Below the pieces are notes generated by a model that had not been told where the DNA came from, did not search any database, and saw only the letters and a list, made by a program, of their open reading frames with translations. The position numbers and the translations under genes were made by a program. Shown here in pieces: positions 6,550 to 17,173 of a stretch of 32,000 bases of DNA; the stretch's first letter is position 1; every line of letters begins with the position of its first letter. The DNA lies in the NCBI GenBank assembly GCA_001790095.1, contig MGBH01000001.1, positions 90,001-122,000 on the forward strand, given 5' to 3'. This stretch comes from Candidatus Saccharimonadota bacterium (lineage in GTDB: Bacteria > Patescibacteriota > Microgenomatia > UBA1406 > GWC2-37-13).

Positions 6550-8367
6550 ATGAACAAAACCACTGTAAATATTAAAGGTATGCACTGCCGATCGTGCGAA
6601 ATCTTAGTTGAAGATGAGCTTCTGAAAGTTGAAGGAGTAAAAAAGGCAGTTGTAAATGAAAAAGAAGGGATGGCATACGTATACTATGAAGGCAATATTG
6701 ATCATGGAAAAGTTAAACAAGCGGTGTGTGATGCGGGATATGAAATAGGAATAAAAGAAAAAGCCCCTCTTTTTTCAAAACGAATGCAAGATTACAAAGA
6801 ACTAGGATTTGCGTTTCTTGTGATAATAATTCTTTATCTCATTGGAAAAGAACTCGGTATATTTAATCTTGCCATTAAATCAGGCAGTAACTATAGCAGT
6901 TTGCCAGTTGTATTTTTAGTTGGTCTTACTGCAGGAGTTTCAACCTGTATGGCTTTAGTTGGGGGGTTGGTGCTTGCTGCTTCAGCTCGTTTTGTAGAGA
7001 AACATCCGCAGTCTTCAACTCTCCAAAAATTTAAACCACATTTGTTTTTTAATTTAGGTCGGATTATATCTTTTTTTGTTTTTGGTTGGATCATTGGATA
7101 TGCTGGATCATTATTTCAACTGTCATCAACGACATTAGGGTTATTGACAATTGCAGTGGGTGGGATCATGGTCTTGCTGGGTTTGCAGCTGACCGAAATA
7201 TTCCCACGTCTCAATGGATTAAATTTCACGTTACCCAAAGGGATATCACGAGCTTTTGGAATACGGGAACAGACACAAAAAGAATATAGTCATGCAAATT
7301 CCTTCATGATGGGAACGATGACATTTTTCTTACCATGTGGGTTTACCCAGGCGATGCAACTTTTTGCCATAAGTAGCGGTAATCCTATGGTGGGAGCTTT
7401 AACCATGGGTGTATTTGCCCTTGGGACTGCTCCGGGGCTTTTGGGGATTGGAGGACTGACATCTATCATCAAGGGAGCTTTTGCAAAACCTTTTTTTAAA
7501 TTTGCAGGGCTTGTGGTTATATTCATGGCACTCTTTAATATTTCAAACGGGTTAAATCTTGCGGGGGTTAATGTTAGCGCATTTTTAGATCAAAACTCAG
7601 TTGCCCTTACTCAAACCGATCCCAATGTGACTATGGAAAACGGGGTTCAGATCGTACGTATGACTCAAAAATCAAACGGTTATTTACCCAATTCATTTAT
7701 TATAAAAAAAGGGATTCCAGTTAAATGGATTGTTACATCAGAGGATGCATTTAGTTGTGCAGCGAGTATCGTATCATCTAAACTCAATATCCGCAAAAAT
7801 CTTGAAGCAGGAGAAAACATCATAGAATTTATACCTACTGAAACAGGTAGCATTCGTTTTACATGCAGTATGGGGATGTATAGCGGATCATTCAATGTCA
7901 TAGATGAAACAGATAAGCAAAGCAGTAAAACCCAGATAGATTCACAGACGCAAGCAGCAGATATTGACTTTACCAAGCCAATCAGTGCTTGTAGTGCAAG
8001 TGGGGGTGGGTGCGGATGCGGGCAAAAACCGCAAAGACAGGCAGCATTGGATGCAGATGAAACACCACCTGTTGCAGCAGAACAAAAGGATTCAGTCCAA
8101 GTTCTCAAAGCAACTTATTCGGTGACAGAGGATGTTAGGCCAAATAAATTCACCGTGAAATCAGGAGTCCCGGTACGGTTTGAAATTGATGCAAAAGAAG
8201 ATGGACAGGGGTGTATGGGAAGCATCATGATTCCTGGACTTGACAATAATCCACAGGGATTTGAAAAAGGGAAAATAACCATATTATCATTTACTCCAAC
8301 CAAGGCAGGTACTTATACTATAACTTGTGCGATGGGGGTGCCAAGAGGATTAATAGCCGTAAACTAA
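6550..8367 (+). CDS. Fusion membrane protein: N-terminal HMA domain, 7-TM DsbD_2/UreH-like core, two C-terminal cupredoxin-like (COG4633-type) domains
   Basis: HMA GMHCRSCE (aa 1-66). About 7 TM helices (aa 85-335) with intramembrane STCMA and LPCGF. Domain 1 is aa ~364-450 (FSCAAS...FTCSMGMY). A Cys cluster CSASGGGCGCG lies at aa 481-491. Domain 2 is aa ~515-605 (GCMGSIM...ITCAMGV). Confidence 0.75.
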   Translation: MNKTTVNIKGMHCRSCEILVEDELLKVEGVKKAVVNEKEGMAYVYYEGNIDHGKVKQAVCDAGYEIGIKEKAPLFSKRMQDYKELGFAFLVIIILYLIGKELGIFNLAIKSGSNYSSLPVVFLVGLTAGVSTCMALVGGLVLAASARFVEKHPQSSTLQKFKPHLFFNLGRIISFFVFGWIIGYAGSLFQLSSTTLGLLTIAVGGIMVLLGLQLTEIFPRLNGLNFTLPKGISRAFGIREQTQKEYSHANSFMMGTMTFFLPCGFTQAMQLFAISSGNPMVGALTMGVFALGTAPGLLGIGGLTSIIKGAFAKPFFKFAGLVVIFMALFNISNGLNLAGVNVSAFLDQNSVALTQTDPNVTMENGVQIVRMTQKSNGYLPNSFIIKKGIPVKWIVTSEDAFSCAASIVSSKLNIRKNLEAGENIIEFIPTETGSIRFTCSMGMYSGSFNVIDETDKQSSKTQIDSQTQAADIDFTKPISACSASGGGCGCGQKPQRQAALDADETPPVAAEQKDSVQVLKATYSVTEDVRPNKFTVKSGVPVRFEIDAKEDGQGCMGSIMIPGLDNNPQGFEKGKITILSFTPTKAGTYTITCAMGVPRGLIAVN

Positions 8368-8420
8368 TTGTTATAAATTTAAGGGGACGACGAGTAGTTT
8401 TATAAATTATTTAAAATGAT

Positions 8421-8627
8421 ATGGTACAAACAATCAGGATACAATTATCGGGTTTAACATGCACATCGTGCGAGAAGGTGATTGCAAAAAAACTGCAAAC
8501 GATTGACGGAGTACAGGAAGTACATGTGTCGGTGTTAAACGGCTTAACTTTAATCACTGCCTCAAGACCCATTACAAAAGATGAAGTGACTAAAGTATTA
8601 CAAGGAACTCATTATAAAGTTAATTAA
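8421..8627 (+). CDS. copZ: Copper chaperone (single HMA domain)
   Basis: 68 aa, GLTCTSCE metal-binding motif, ferredoxin-like HMA length. Lies immediately upstream of the P1B-ATPase gene. Confidence 0.85.
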   Translation: MVQTIRIQLSGLTCTSCEKVIAKKLQTIDGVQEVHVSVLNGLTLITASRPITKDEVTKVLQGTHYKVN

Positions 8628-8647
8628 GAATTTATAAACAAAAAATC

Positions 8648-11548
8648 ATGAAAAAGCACGTATTTTTTACCGTTTCCGGAATGCATTGTTCATCATGTGA
8701 ACTATTAACAAAAGATGAACTCTCCACGTTACCCGGTGTGAGCGAAGTGGGTATTGATCATAAATCCGGTAAAGGAGTGCTTATACTTGATGAGGAAAAA
8801 AATTCAGAAAACGACGTCATTAAAGCCATCATAAAAGCAGGATATACGGCAACTATTGAAAGAAGTGAGAATATGATATTCAAAAAGAATGACGATATTG
8901 AAATAATAAAAAAAACTGCAAAAGCAAAGGAACCATTACGGGTTATGTTTGAATCACGTATTACTGCCGATGGCCAGATGGTTGAAAAAGAAGATGGAAA
9001 GATGCAGTTTGAAGGAAAAGTAGAAAACAAGAAAAAAGCTGAGTTTGTCATTCCAAAAGGTCATGAGCAAGAAACCGACAAGTATATACATGGAATCATG
9101 AAATCTCAGAATTTTATGAGACTCATAAGCGAAAAAGATGAGATAGAACATAAAGAGGTGGTCAATAATCAATCTTTACGCAAAGAACCAAACACTCAAA
9201 AGCGTATCTTTCTTTCTCTTTCCGGTATGCATTGTACATCTTGCGCATTGATTATTGAAAAGTCTTTGAGTAAGGTACAAGGTGTAAAGGAGGCTCATGT
9301 AAATTTTGCGGCTGAAAAAGCGTCAATTATTTACGACGAATCATCCGTAAAAACAGACGTTTTGGTTGATACTGTTAAAAAAACGGGGTACTCTGCAACA
9401 ATTCTTGATGAAAAAGATACCGAGTTTGAATCCAAAAAAAGAAACAAGGAGATGAAAAATTTGTTTAACAAATTTGCAGTAAGTCTTTTCTTGAGTTTTC
9501 CAATGTTGTATTTTATGCTTTTTGACTTTTTTCCTTGGTTTCCTGGGGCAAAATTATTACTTCCGCTTGTAGGCATTATTTCACTTATATTAAGTACTCC
9601 GGTCCAATTCATAATTGGTAAAGGATTTTATAAGGGTGCATGGGCTGCACTGCGAATGAAAACCTTTAACATGGATTCTCTTATTGCAATTGGGACGACG
9701 GTTGCATATTTTTACAGTCTGGTTAATTTTATTTTATATTACGTAAATACAAAATCGTTGATAGGTATGAGTGGCGAAAAAATACCTGAGCTTTATTTTG
9801 AAACTGCAGCGTTTCTTATAACCTTTGTTATATTGGGGAAATGGCTTGAAGCGCAGGCAAAGGGAAGGACATCTGATGCGATCAAAAAGTTGATGGGCCT
9901 TCAGGCAAAAACAGCACGCGTTCTTCGAAATGGTGAAACGTTGGATATTCCAATCGAAGAAGTCGTCCACAATGATGTTATATTAGTGCGCCCGGGTGAA
10001 AAAGTGCCGGTTGATGGAGTAATTATTAAAGGTTCCTCTGCGGTTGATGAATCTATGATAACAGGTGAAAGTTTACCTGTTGAAAAACAGATTAATGATA
10101 TGGTGGTTGGTGGGACTATGAATAAGGTCGGAAGCTTTGAGTTCAAAACAACGAGGATAGGGTCGGAGACTACGCTTTCACAGATTATTCGTTTGGTTGA
10201 AGAGGCTCAAGGATCCAAAGCTCCTATCCAGGATTTTGCGGATAAGATATCTGCATATTTTGTTCCGGCTGTCATTGGAATTGCTGTATTAACATTTGTG
10301 ATTTGGTATTTAGTGCTTGGAGCCTCGCTTTCTTTTTCATTGATGGCCTTTACTGCAGTTATCGTTATTGCATGTCCGTGTGCTTTGGGACTTGCGACAC
10401 CAACCGCCATTATGGTGGGTACGGGTAAAGGCGCAGAGTACGGAATGCTCATTAAAGGAGGGGAACCTCTCGAGGGAGCATGCAAAATCAATACGATTGT
10501 CTTTGATAAAACAGGAACACTCACAAAAGGAAAGCCGACAGTTACCGATATTATTTCCTTTAAAGAAATGGATGAAGATGAAGTTCTGACAATTGCTGCA
10601 TCACTTGAAAAACAATCTGAGCATCCATTAGCCGAGGCAATTTATACCTATGCACAGGAGGAAGGGCTTGGCTTAAGTACAGTTGAAGCATTTAAGGCTG
10701 TTCCGGGACATGGAGTACAGGGAAAGACAGATGGTGCGGAGTATTATTTTGGGAATAGAAAATTAATGGAACGGGAAGCTGGACTGTCTGTTGAAAAAAT
10801 AAACCGTAAGATGAGTCGATTGGAGGAGCAAGGAAAAACAGTTATGATTCTCTCAAATAAAACTGAAATATTAGGGATTATCGGAGTTGCCGACACCGTC
10901 AAGGAAACTTCAAAAGAGGCAGTTGAGAAGCTCAAAAAACTAGGCATTGAAGTATATATGATAACGGGAGATAACGTAAAAACTGCAAGAGCAATCGCTT
11001 CACAGGTTGGTATTACCAATGTGCTGGCCGAAGTTCTTCCTGAAGATAAGGCACAAAATGTCAAGAGACTACAAGATAAGGGTAAAAAGGTTGCTATGGT
11101 TGGGGACGGTATTAATGATGCGCCAGCATTAGCACAGGCAGATCTTGGAATCGCTATGGGGTCAGGTACTGACGTGGCTATGGAGGCGGGAGGTATTGTC
11201 ATCATTAAAAACGATCTTCGCGATGTAGCTAATGCCATCGATCTTTCTAAAACCACGATGAATAAGATTAAGCAAAACATGTTTTTTGCTTTGTTTTATA
11301 ACGTCATGGGTATACCTGTTGCAGCACGTATGTTTGCAGGTATAGGATTGGTCTTGAAGCCAGAGCTTGCCGGACTTGCCATGGCCCTAAGCTCAATATC
11401 TGTGGTTAGCAACTCGCTTTTACTAAGAGGATACAAGCCCGGTAAAAGGAATATTCTTTCCACCATAGCGCCGATTATCATGATCTTACTGTTCTCATTT
11501 ATTTTCTTTGAGTTTGCAAAATTTAGTTCAGGGGCAATGAAGAGATAA
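8648..11548 (+). CDS. copA: Copper-translocating P1B-type ATPase with two N-terminal HMA domains
   Basis: GMHCSSCE and [11 protein letters not shown] motifs, TGES, CPC in a TM helix, DKTGTLT phosphorylation site, HP motif (SEHPLA), GDGINDAP hinge. Confidence 0.95.
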   Translation: MKKHVFFTVSGMHCSSCELLTKDELSTLPGVSEVGIDHKSGKGVLILDEEKNSENDVIKAIIKAGYTATIERSENMIFKKNDDIEIIKKTAKAKEPLRVMFESRITADGQMVEKEDGKMQFEGKVENKKKAEFVIPKGHEQETDKYIHGIMKSQNFMRLISEKDEIEHKEVVNNQSLRKEPNTQKRIFLSLSGMHCTSCALIIEKSLSKVQGVKEAHVNFAAEKASIIYDESSVKTDVLVDTVKKTGYSATILDEKDTEFESKKRNKEMKNLFNKFAVSLFLSFPMLYFMLFDFFPWFPGAKLLLPLVGIISLILSTPVQFIIGKGFYKGAWAALRMKTFNMDSLIAIGTTVAYFYSLVNFILYYVNTKSLIGMSGEKIPELYFETAAFLITFVILGKWLEAQAKGRTSDAIKKLMGLQAKTARVLRNGETLDIPIEEVVHNDVILVRPGEKVPVDGVIIKGSSAVDESMITGESLPVEKQINDMVVGGTMNKVGSFEFKTTRIGSETTLSQIIRLVEEAQGSKAPIQDFADKISAYFVPAVIGIAVLTFVIWYLVLGASLSFSLMAFTAVIVIACPCALGLATPTAIMVGTGKGAEYGMLIKGGEPLEGACKINTIVFDKTGTLTKGKPTVTDIISFKEMDEDEVLTIAASLEKQSEHPLAEAIYTYAQEEGLGLSTVEAFKAVPGHGVQGKTDGAEYYFGNRKLMEREAGLSVEKINRKMSRLEEQGKTVMILSNKTEILGIIGVADTVKETSKEAVEKLKKLGIEVYMITGDNVKTARAIASQVGITNVLAEVLPEDKAQNVKRLQDKGKKVAMVGDGINDAPALAQADLGIAMGSGTDVAMEAGGIVIIKNDLRDVANAIDLSKTTMNKIKQNMFFALFYNVMGIPVAARMFAGIGLVLKPELAGLAMALSSISVVSNSLLLRGYKPGKRNILSTIAPIIMILLFSFIFFEFAKFSSGAMKR

Positions 11549-11551
11549 TCT

Positions 11552-11560
11552 TGCTATAAT
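11552..11560 (+). promoter_or_regulatory. Extended -10 box TGcTATAAT, 8 nt upstream of ATG 11569 (leaderless promoter candidate)
   Basis: The 20-bp gap after copA contains only this box and no SD. Confidence 0.4.
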
Positions 11561-11568
11561 AAATCAGT

Positions 11569-12051
11569 ATGATACGTAACATTGTTGTTACTCTTGAATG
11601 CTTTGTAAAAAAAGGTAATAAATATCTACTCCTTCACCGTAACAAAACTAAACGAATTATGCCTGATATATGGATGGCGCCAGGCGGACATCGTGAGTTC
11701 AATGAAGGGCTTTTTGCTTGTGCTAGGCGTGAGGTTGAAGAAGAGACAGGATTAAAAATAAAAAATCTCCGGATCAAAGCGGTCGGGAATGCATATGTCA
11801 AAGATATTGACCAGGAATTCTATTTTCATATGTTGGTAGCTGACTACGAGGGGGGAGTTTTGAAGACACATGATGAAGATGGAACATTTGAGTGGCTTAC
11901 TGGGGAGCAAATCATGAAGCTTAACAAACTTCTTCCTGAATTGAAAGAAATATTGCCACATGTCTTGTCTGACAGTAAAGATATTATCTCTTATCAAGCG
12001 GCATATGAAAAAGGGACACAGATGAGTTTTTTTGAGATAGAAAGACCTTAA
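11569..12051 (+). CDS. NUDIX hydrolase
   Basis: Canonical Nudix box GHREFNEGLFACARREVEEETGL (Gx5Ex7REUxEExGU). Confidence 0.8.
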   Translation: MIRNIVVTLECFVKKGNKYLLLHRNKTKRIMPDIWMAPGGHREFNEGLFACARREVEEETGLKIKNLRIKAVGNAYVKDIDQEFYFHMLVADYEGGVLKTHDEDGTFEWLTGEQIMKLNKLLPELKEILPHVLSDSKDIISYQAAYEKGTQMSFFEIERP

Positions 12052-13118
12052 CCTACAAACTCTCTCATATTTTCATCATTTAAAACAAATGAAGTACCTT
12101 GGCCAGAGACTATTTTATAGGCGATTTTGCGTACAATAGTTTCGATTTCCCTCTCTAGACTGCGAATGCCAGGTTCAAACCCAAGAGGTCGTACCATCTT
12201 TGCCCAGACCGTATCTTCGATCTTAAGCTGTTCATTTGTCAAACCTGATTCTTTCATAAAACGGGGTAGTACAAAACGTTTTCCGATCTCAATCTTGTCC
12301 TGATCGTTGTATGATGGCATCTGGATGAGCTCAAGACGGTCCATGACTGCTGTAGCGATACTATTTGTGTTGTTGGCTGTTGCAACGAAAAGACATTGTG
12401 AAAGATCAAAGGGATAATCGATAAAATAATCAGTGTAAGCTGCGTTTTGTCCTGGATCAAGAAGTTCGATGAGGACGCCCATAATTGAGGAACGAGATTC
12501 CGGTGTGCATCGGTCAAGTTCATCAAGAAGGATGACGGGATTTTTTGTCCCTGCACGTCGTAATGCTTTCATGACCATACCTGGTTCGGACTCTGGCGAT
12601 GTTTTTGATTGTCCGCGTAGATCAACCGCAGAAGAAAGTCCTCCAAAAGGTATTCTGACGAGTTTTCTTCCCATGGATTCTGCAATCGACTTGGCAAACG
12701 TTGTTTTACCAGTGCCTGCTAGACCGACAAAAAACAGATTTGGGGCGTGGAGAGTGCCGGTTGGGGCTCTTTGTTTTTGGAGAGCTAGTACTGATAGGTA
12801 TTCGAGGACTCTTCTTTTAATGGGTTCAAGCCCGTAGTGGTTTTGGTCTAAAAACACTTTTGCTTTATTTATATCAAGTATATCTTCTGTCTTTTTTTCC
12901 CAGGGAAGGTTGGTGATCCAATCGATGTATTTTGCCGTAATGTCAAGTTGAGTGAGACTTCCCCCGTATTTTAAGGTCAAATTAATACGCTCAATTTGTT
13001 GTAATGCTTTATCATGAAGATTAGCAGGCAACACGGCTGACTGCAACTGTACCTTCAGCTTTTCAATTTCTGACAGGCTGTTTTGAGGGCTTGTTTGGTT
13101 AGCAGACAAATTATCCAC
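12048..13118 (-). CDS. LonA-like AAA+ ATPase module lacking both the N-terminal substrate domain and the protease domain
   Basis: Collinear with the LonA coiled-coil plus AAA+ region: DQNHYGLEPIKRRVLEYLSV, Walker A GLAGTGKT, Walker B VILLDELD, PGIRSLEREIETIVRKIA. It stops where the Ser-Lys protease domain should start. GTG start. 4-bp convergent overlap with the NUDIX gene. Confidence 0.8.
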   Translation of the reverse strand: MDNLSANQTSPQNSLSEIEKLKVQLQSAVLPANLHDKALQQIERINLTLKYGGSLTQLDITAKYIDWITNLPWEKKTEDILDINKAKVFLDQNHYGLEPIKRRVLEYLSVLALQKQRAPTGTLHAPNLFFVGLAGTGKTTFAKSIAESMGRKLVRIPFGGLSSAVDLRGQSKTSPESEPGMVMKALRRAGTKNPVILLDELDRCTPESRSSIMGVLIELLDPGQNAAYTDYFIDYPFDLSQCLFVATANNTNSIATAVMDRLELIQMPSYNDQDKIEIGKRFVLPRFMKESGLTNEQLKIEDTVWAKMVRPLGFEPGIRSLEREIETIVRKIAYKIVSGQGTSFVLNDENMREFVG

Positions 13119-13147
13119 TTGACAAAATGAAATTTTTTTTATAAATT
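13119..13147 (+). promoter_or_regulatory. Putative sigma-70-type promoter of groES-groEL
   Basis: TTGACA at 13119-13124, then a 15-17 nt A/T spacer, then TATAAAT (13140-13146). No CIRCE inverted repeat is seen. Confidence 0.35.
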
Positions 13148-13198
13148 TAGATCCATTACATTATTCATTTATTTTACAAGTTTTTTAACAATAAATCT

Positions 13199-13507
13199 AT
13201 GTCAAAGCAAAAAGGTAATACAATCAAACCCCTTTTTGATTATGTTTTAATCAAACCTCTTCTTGCCGAGGAAGTTACTCCATCCGGCATCGTGCTCCCA
13301 GATTCTGTTAAAGAAAAACCTCAGATGGGGCAGGTAATGGCAATTGGTCCAGGCGCGCATAATACTGATGGCAAACTTATGCCTATGTTTGTGAAGGTTG
13401 GACAAAAGGTTATGTATAAAAAATGGGGAGGAAACGAAATAAAAGTTGGTCATGAAGAGTGGCTTTTGGTTGAACAAAAAGACGTCATGGCAGTTGTAGA
13501 AAATTAA
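13199..13507 (+). CDS. groES: Co-chaperonin GroES
   Basis: IKPLFDYVLIKP...GIVLPDS...GQVMAIGPG, typical Cpn10. Lies directly upstream of groEL. Confidence 0.95.
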   Translation: MSKQKGNTIKPLFDYVLIKPLLAEEVTPSGIVLPDSVKEKPQMGQVMAIGPGAHNTDGKLMPMFVKVGQKVMYKKWGGNEIKVGHEEWLLVEQKDVMAVVEN

Positions 13508-15193
<1,686 letters not shown>

Positions 15194-15220
15194 AAGATCA
15201 TTTTCCTTTAAAAATAAAAG

Positions 15221-15246
15221 CCCCTCCGAATCCGGAGGGGTTTTTT
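15221..15246 (+). terminator. Rho-independent terminator after groEL (A-tract upstream, so possibly bidirectional)
   Basis: CCCCTCCG-aatc-CGGAGGGG forms an 8-bp GC stem (15221-15240) followed by TTTTTT (15241-15246) and preceded by AAAATAAAAG. Confidence 0.85.
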
Positions 15247-15379
15247 ATTTCTTACTTTCATCAAGAAGGCCAAGTCCGAGCATAGGAAGAAGAAACAAGT
15301 CCAAAAAAGAAGAGATAATCTCGGTTATAAAAGTACCCATGTCTTCAGCTTCTTTTTCCATAGGTATGAGTATATTTTA

Positions 15380-16663
15380 TCAAACAAAGGGAAACTTTGC
15401 ATAAACTGCTTTTTCTCCTAGTTCACGCTCAATCCTCATGAGCTGATTATATTTGGCATTGCGTTCAGACCTGGCTGGTGCACCTGTTTTGATCTGTCCT
15501 GTGCCAAGAGCAACCACAAAATCGGCGATAAATGCATCTTCAGTCTCTCCACTTCTATGTGAGACGACCGAAGTCATCCCATTTTGACGGGCCATAAGGA
15601 TTGCATCTACTGTCTCACTGATGGTGCCAATTTGGTTTAGTTTAATCAAGATTGAGTTGGTTGTTTTTTCCTTTATCCCTCTCTCAAGTCGTTTTACGTT
15701 GGTTACATACAGATCGTCTCCCACAATCTGGGTTTTATGTTGAGAAATCTCTGTATATTTTTTAAATCCATCCCAATCATCTTCAGCAAAAATATCTTCC
15801 ATGGAGATGATCGGGTATTTTGAAGCAAGATTGCGGAAAAAGTCTGCAAGCTCATCGCTTGTTACGGTCTTTGCTTCTTTATTCAGTACATATTTGCCCT
15901 CTTTATAAAACTCAGTTGCAGCCGGATCAATCCCAAAACAAATATCCTTCCCCAATATATAGCCGGCTTTTACTACTGCATCACCCATGAGTTGGAACGG
16001 TTCTTCGTTGCTTCCAAAGTTTGGTGCAAAACCACCCTCATCTCCGACCGCGATTGAATATCCTTTTGATTTGAGAAGTTTTTTAAGCTGTGTATATACC
16101 TCTGCATTCATTCGTACAGCCTCAACTACAGATGGGGCGCCTATCGGAAACAACATATATTCTTGTATATCAGTTGACCAATTGCCATGCTTGCCTCCAT
16201 TCATAACGTTCATTTCGGGGATTGGCATAGTAAATATTCCTTTATGATCAGGATTAAATTTTGACAGGTATTGATAAAGGGGTTTTTTTTCAGATTGAGC
16301 CTGTGCTTTTGCAGCGCTAAGAGAGACAGATAAAATCGCGTTTGCTCCAAGACTTGCTTTATTCTCAGTTCCGTCAAGCTCTATCATGGTGTTGTCTAGC
16401 TTTCTTTGGTCAAAAGCATCAAGTCCGACAACCGCTTTGTTTATCTGTTCATTTACATTTGAAACAGCTTTAAGTACTCCCCCTCCGCCATAACGGGCTT
16501 TATCACCGTCTCGAAGCTCAACTGCCTCATATTTACCCGTTGAAGCGCCAGATGGTACTGCGGCCCAGCCTGTTGATCCATCTTCAAGTATAGTGACACA
16601 TTCAATAGTTGGGTTACTTCTGCTATCTAATATCTCACTTGCACGTACTGATTTAATCTTCAT
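15380..16663 (-). CDS. eno: Enolase (phosphopyruvate hydratase)
   Basis: ILDSRSNPTIE, VSHRSGETED and NQLMRIE signatures over the full 427-aa length. Confidence 0.97.
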   Translation of the reverse strand: MKIKSVRASEILDSRSNPTIECVTILEDGSTGWAAVPSGASTGKYEAVELRDGDKARYGGGGVLKAVSNVNEQINKAVVGLDAFDQRKLDNTMIELDGTENKASLGANAILSVSLSAAKAQAQSEKKPLYQYLSKFNPDHKGIFTMPIPEMNVMNGGKHGNWSTDIQEYMLFPIGAPSVVEAVRMNAEVYTQLKKLLKSKGYSIAVGDEGGFAPNFGSNEEPFQLMGDAVVKAGYILGKDICFGIDPAATEFYKEGKYVLNKEAKTVTSDELADFFRNLASKYPIISMEDIFAEDDWDGFKKYTEISQHKTQIVGDDLYVTNVKRLERGIKEKTTNSILIKLNQIGTISETVDAILMARQNGMTSVVSHRSGETEDAFIADFVVALGTGQIKTGAPARSERNAKYNQLMRIERELGEKAVYAKFPFV

Positions 16664-16717
16664 AGTTTATAGTACTAATAATTATTAATTCAATTACATG
16701 ATATCAAAAGAAAATCA

Positions 16718-17173
16718 TTATGTATATTTGTCAAAATATTTTTTGTATTTTTTTAAGACATATGTAAGTCCGCTATGTAATGGTTGAGGAAGAGAAGAAA
16801 GCTTAAACCATCTAATTTCTGCTATCTTTTCGGGATCGTTGTTTTTTACCTCTTCCGGTTTGACAAGGATAATAAATGGAGTTGCAATCCAATGAGTGTT
16901 TTTATCATTGTGTTTTCGAAGAAGAGTATAGGAGGGAAGCTGTTCTTGGATGATGCCAGTACAGCCTAATTCTTCCCTCAACTCTTTCAATACATTTTTC
17001 TCTAAAGTAAGTCCGTATTCGAGCTTGCCCCCTCCATTATCCCACACTCCGATTTCATCTCTGCATTTGTTACTTCGTTTATGGAGTACAAAATTTCCCT
17101 CCCCATCATGACAATAAAAAGCTGTAGTTATTCCAACATAGTCATATCCTGCTTTCATAGGTAATTCAATCAT
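16718..17173 (-). CDS. NUDIX hydrolase, translationally coupled to the radical SAM gene
   Basis: Nudix box GGGKLEYGLTLEKNVLKELREELG, with the first Glu replaced by Leu and Arg by Lys. Its ATG shares one nucleotide with the upstream TAA stop (TAATG). ATG 17158 is an alternative start. Confidence 0.75.
   Translation of the reverse strand: MIELPMKAGYDYVGITTAFYCHDGEGNFVLHKRSNKCRDEIGVWDNGGGKLEYGLTLEKNVLKELREELGCTGIIQEQLPSYTLLRKHNDKNTHWIATPFIILVKPEEVKNNDPEKIAEIRWFKLSSLPQPLHSGLTYVLKKYKKYFDKYT

Noticed and set aside
7680-8303. Antisense ORFs (142 aa and 62 aa) inside the HMA/7-TM/cupredoxin gene
   Set aside because: They overlap a sense-strand ORF with clear domain signatures. Their composition mirrors the Cys/Gly linker on the other strand.
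8371-8640. Repeated TTATAAATT/TTTATAAA words around copZ
   Set aside because: These are A/T-rich, self-complementary words that double as -10-like boxes. There is no evidence that they form a specific element.
10207-11481. Antisense ORFs inside copA (10207-10524, 10744-11280, 11296-11481)
   Set aside because: Typical shadow ORFs of a long, well-supported CDS. No motifs or translation signals.
12254-12837. ORFs in other frames or on the other strand within the Lon-like gene (12254-12556 minus, 12469-12837 plus)
   Set aside because: The Lon-like frame carries unmistakable AAA+ motifs. The alternatives have no motifs.
13119-13198. Search for a CIRCE (HrcA) operator TTAGCACTC-N9-GAGTGCTAA upstream of groES
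   Set aside because: No such inverted repeat is present in the 80-bp gap. Only a sigma-70-like TTGACA/TATAAAT pair is visible, so no heat-shock operator is claimed.
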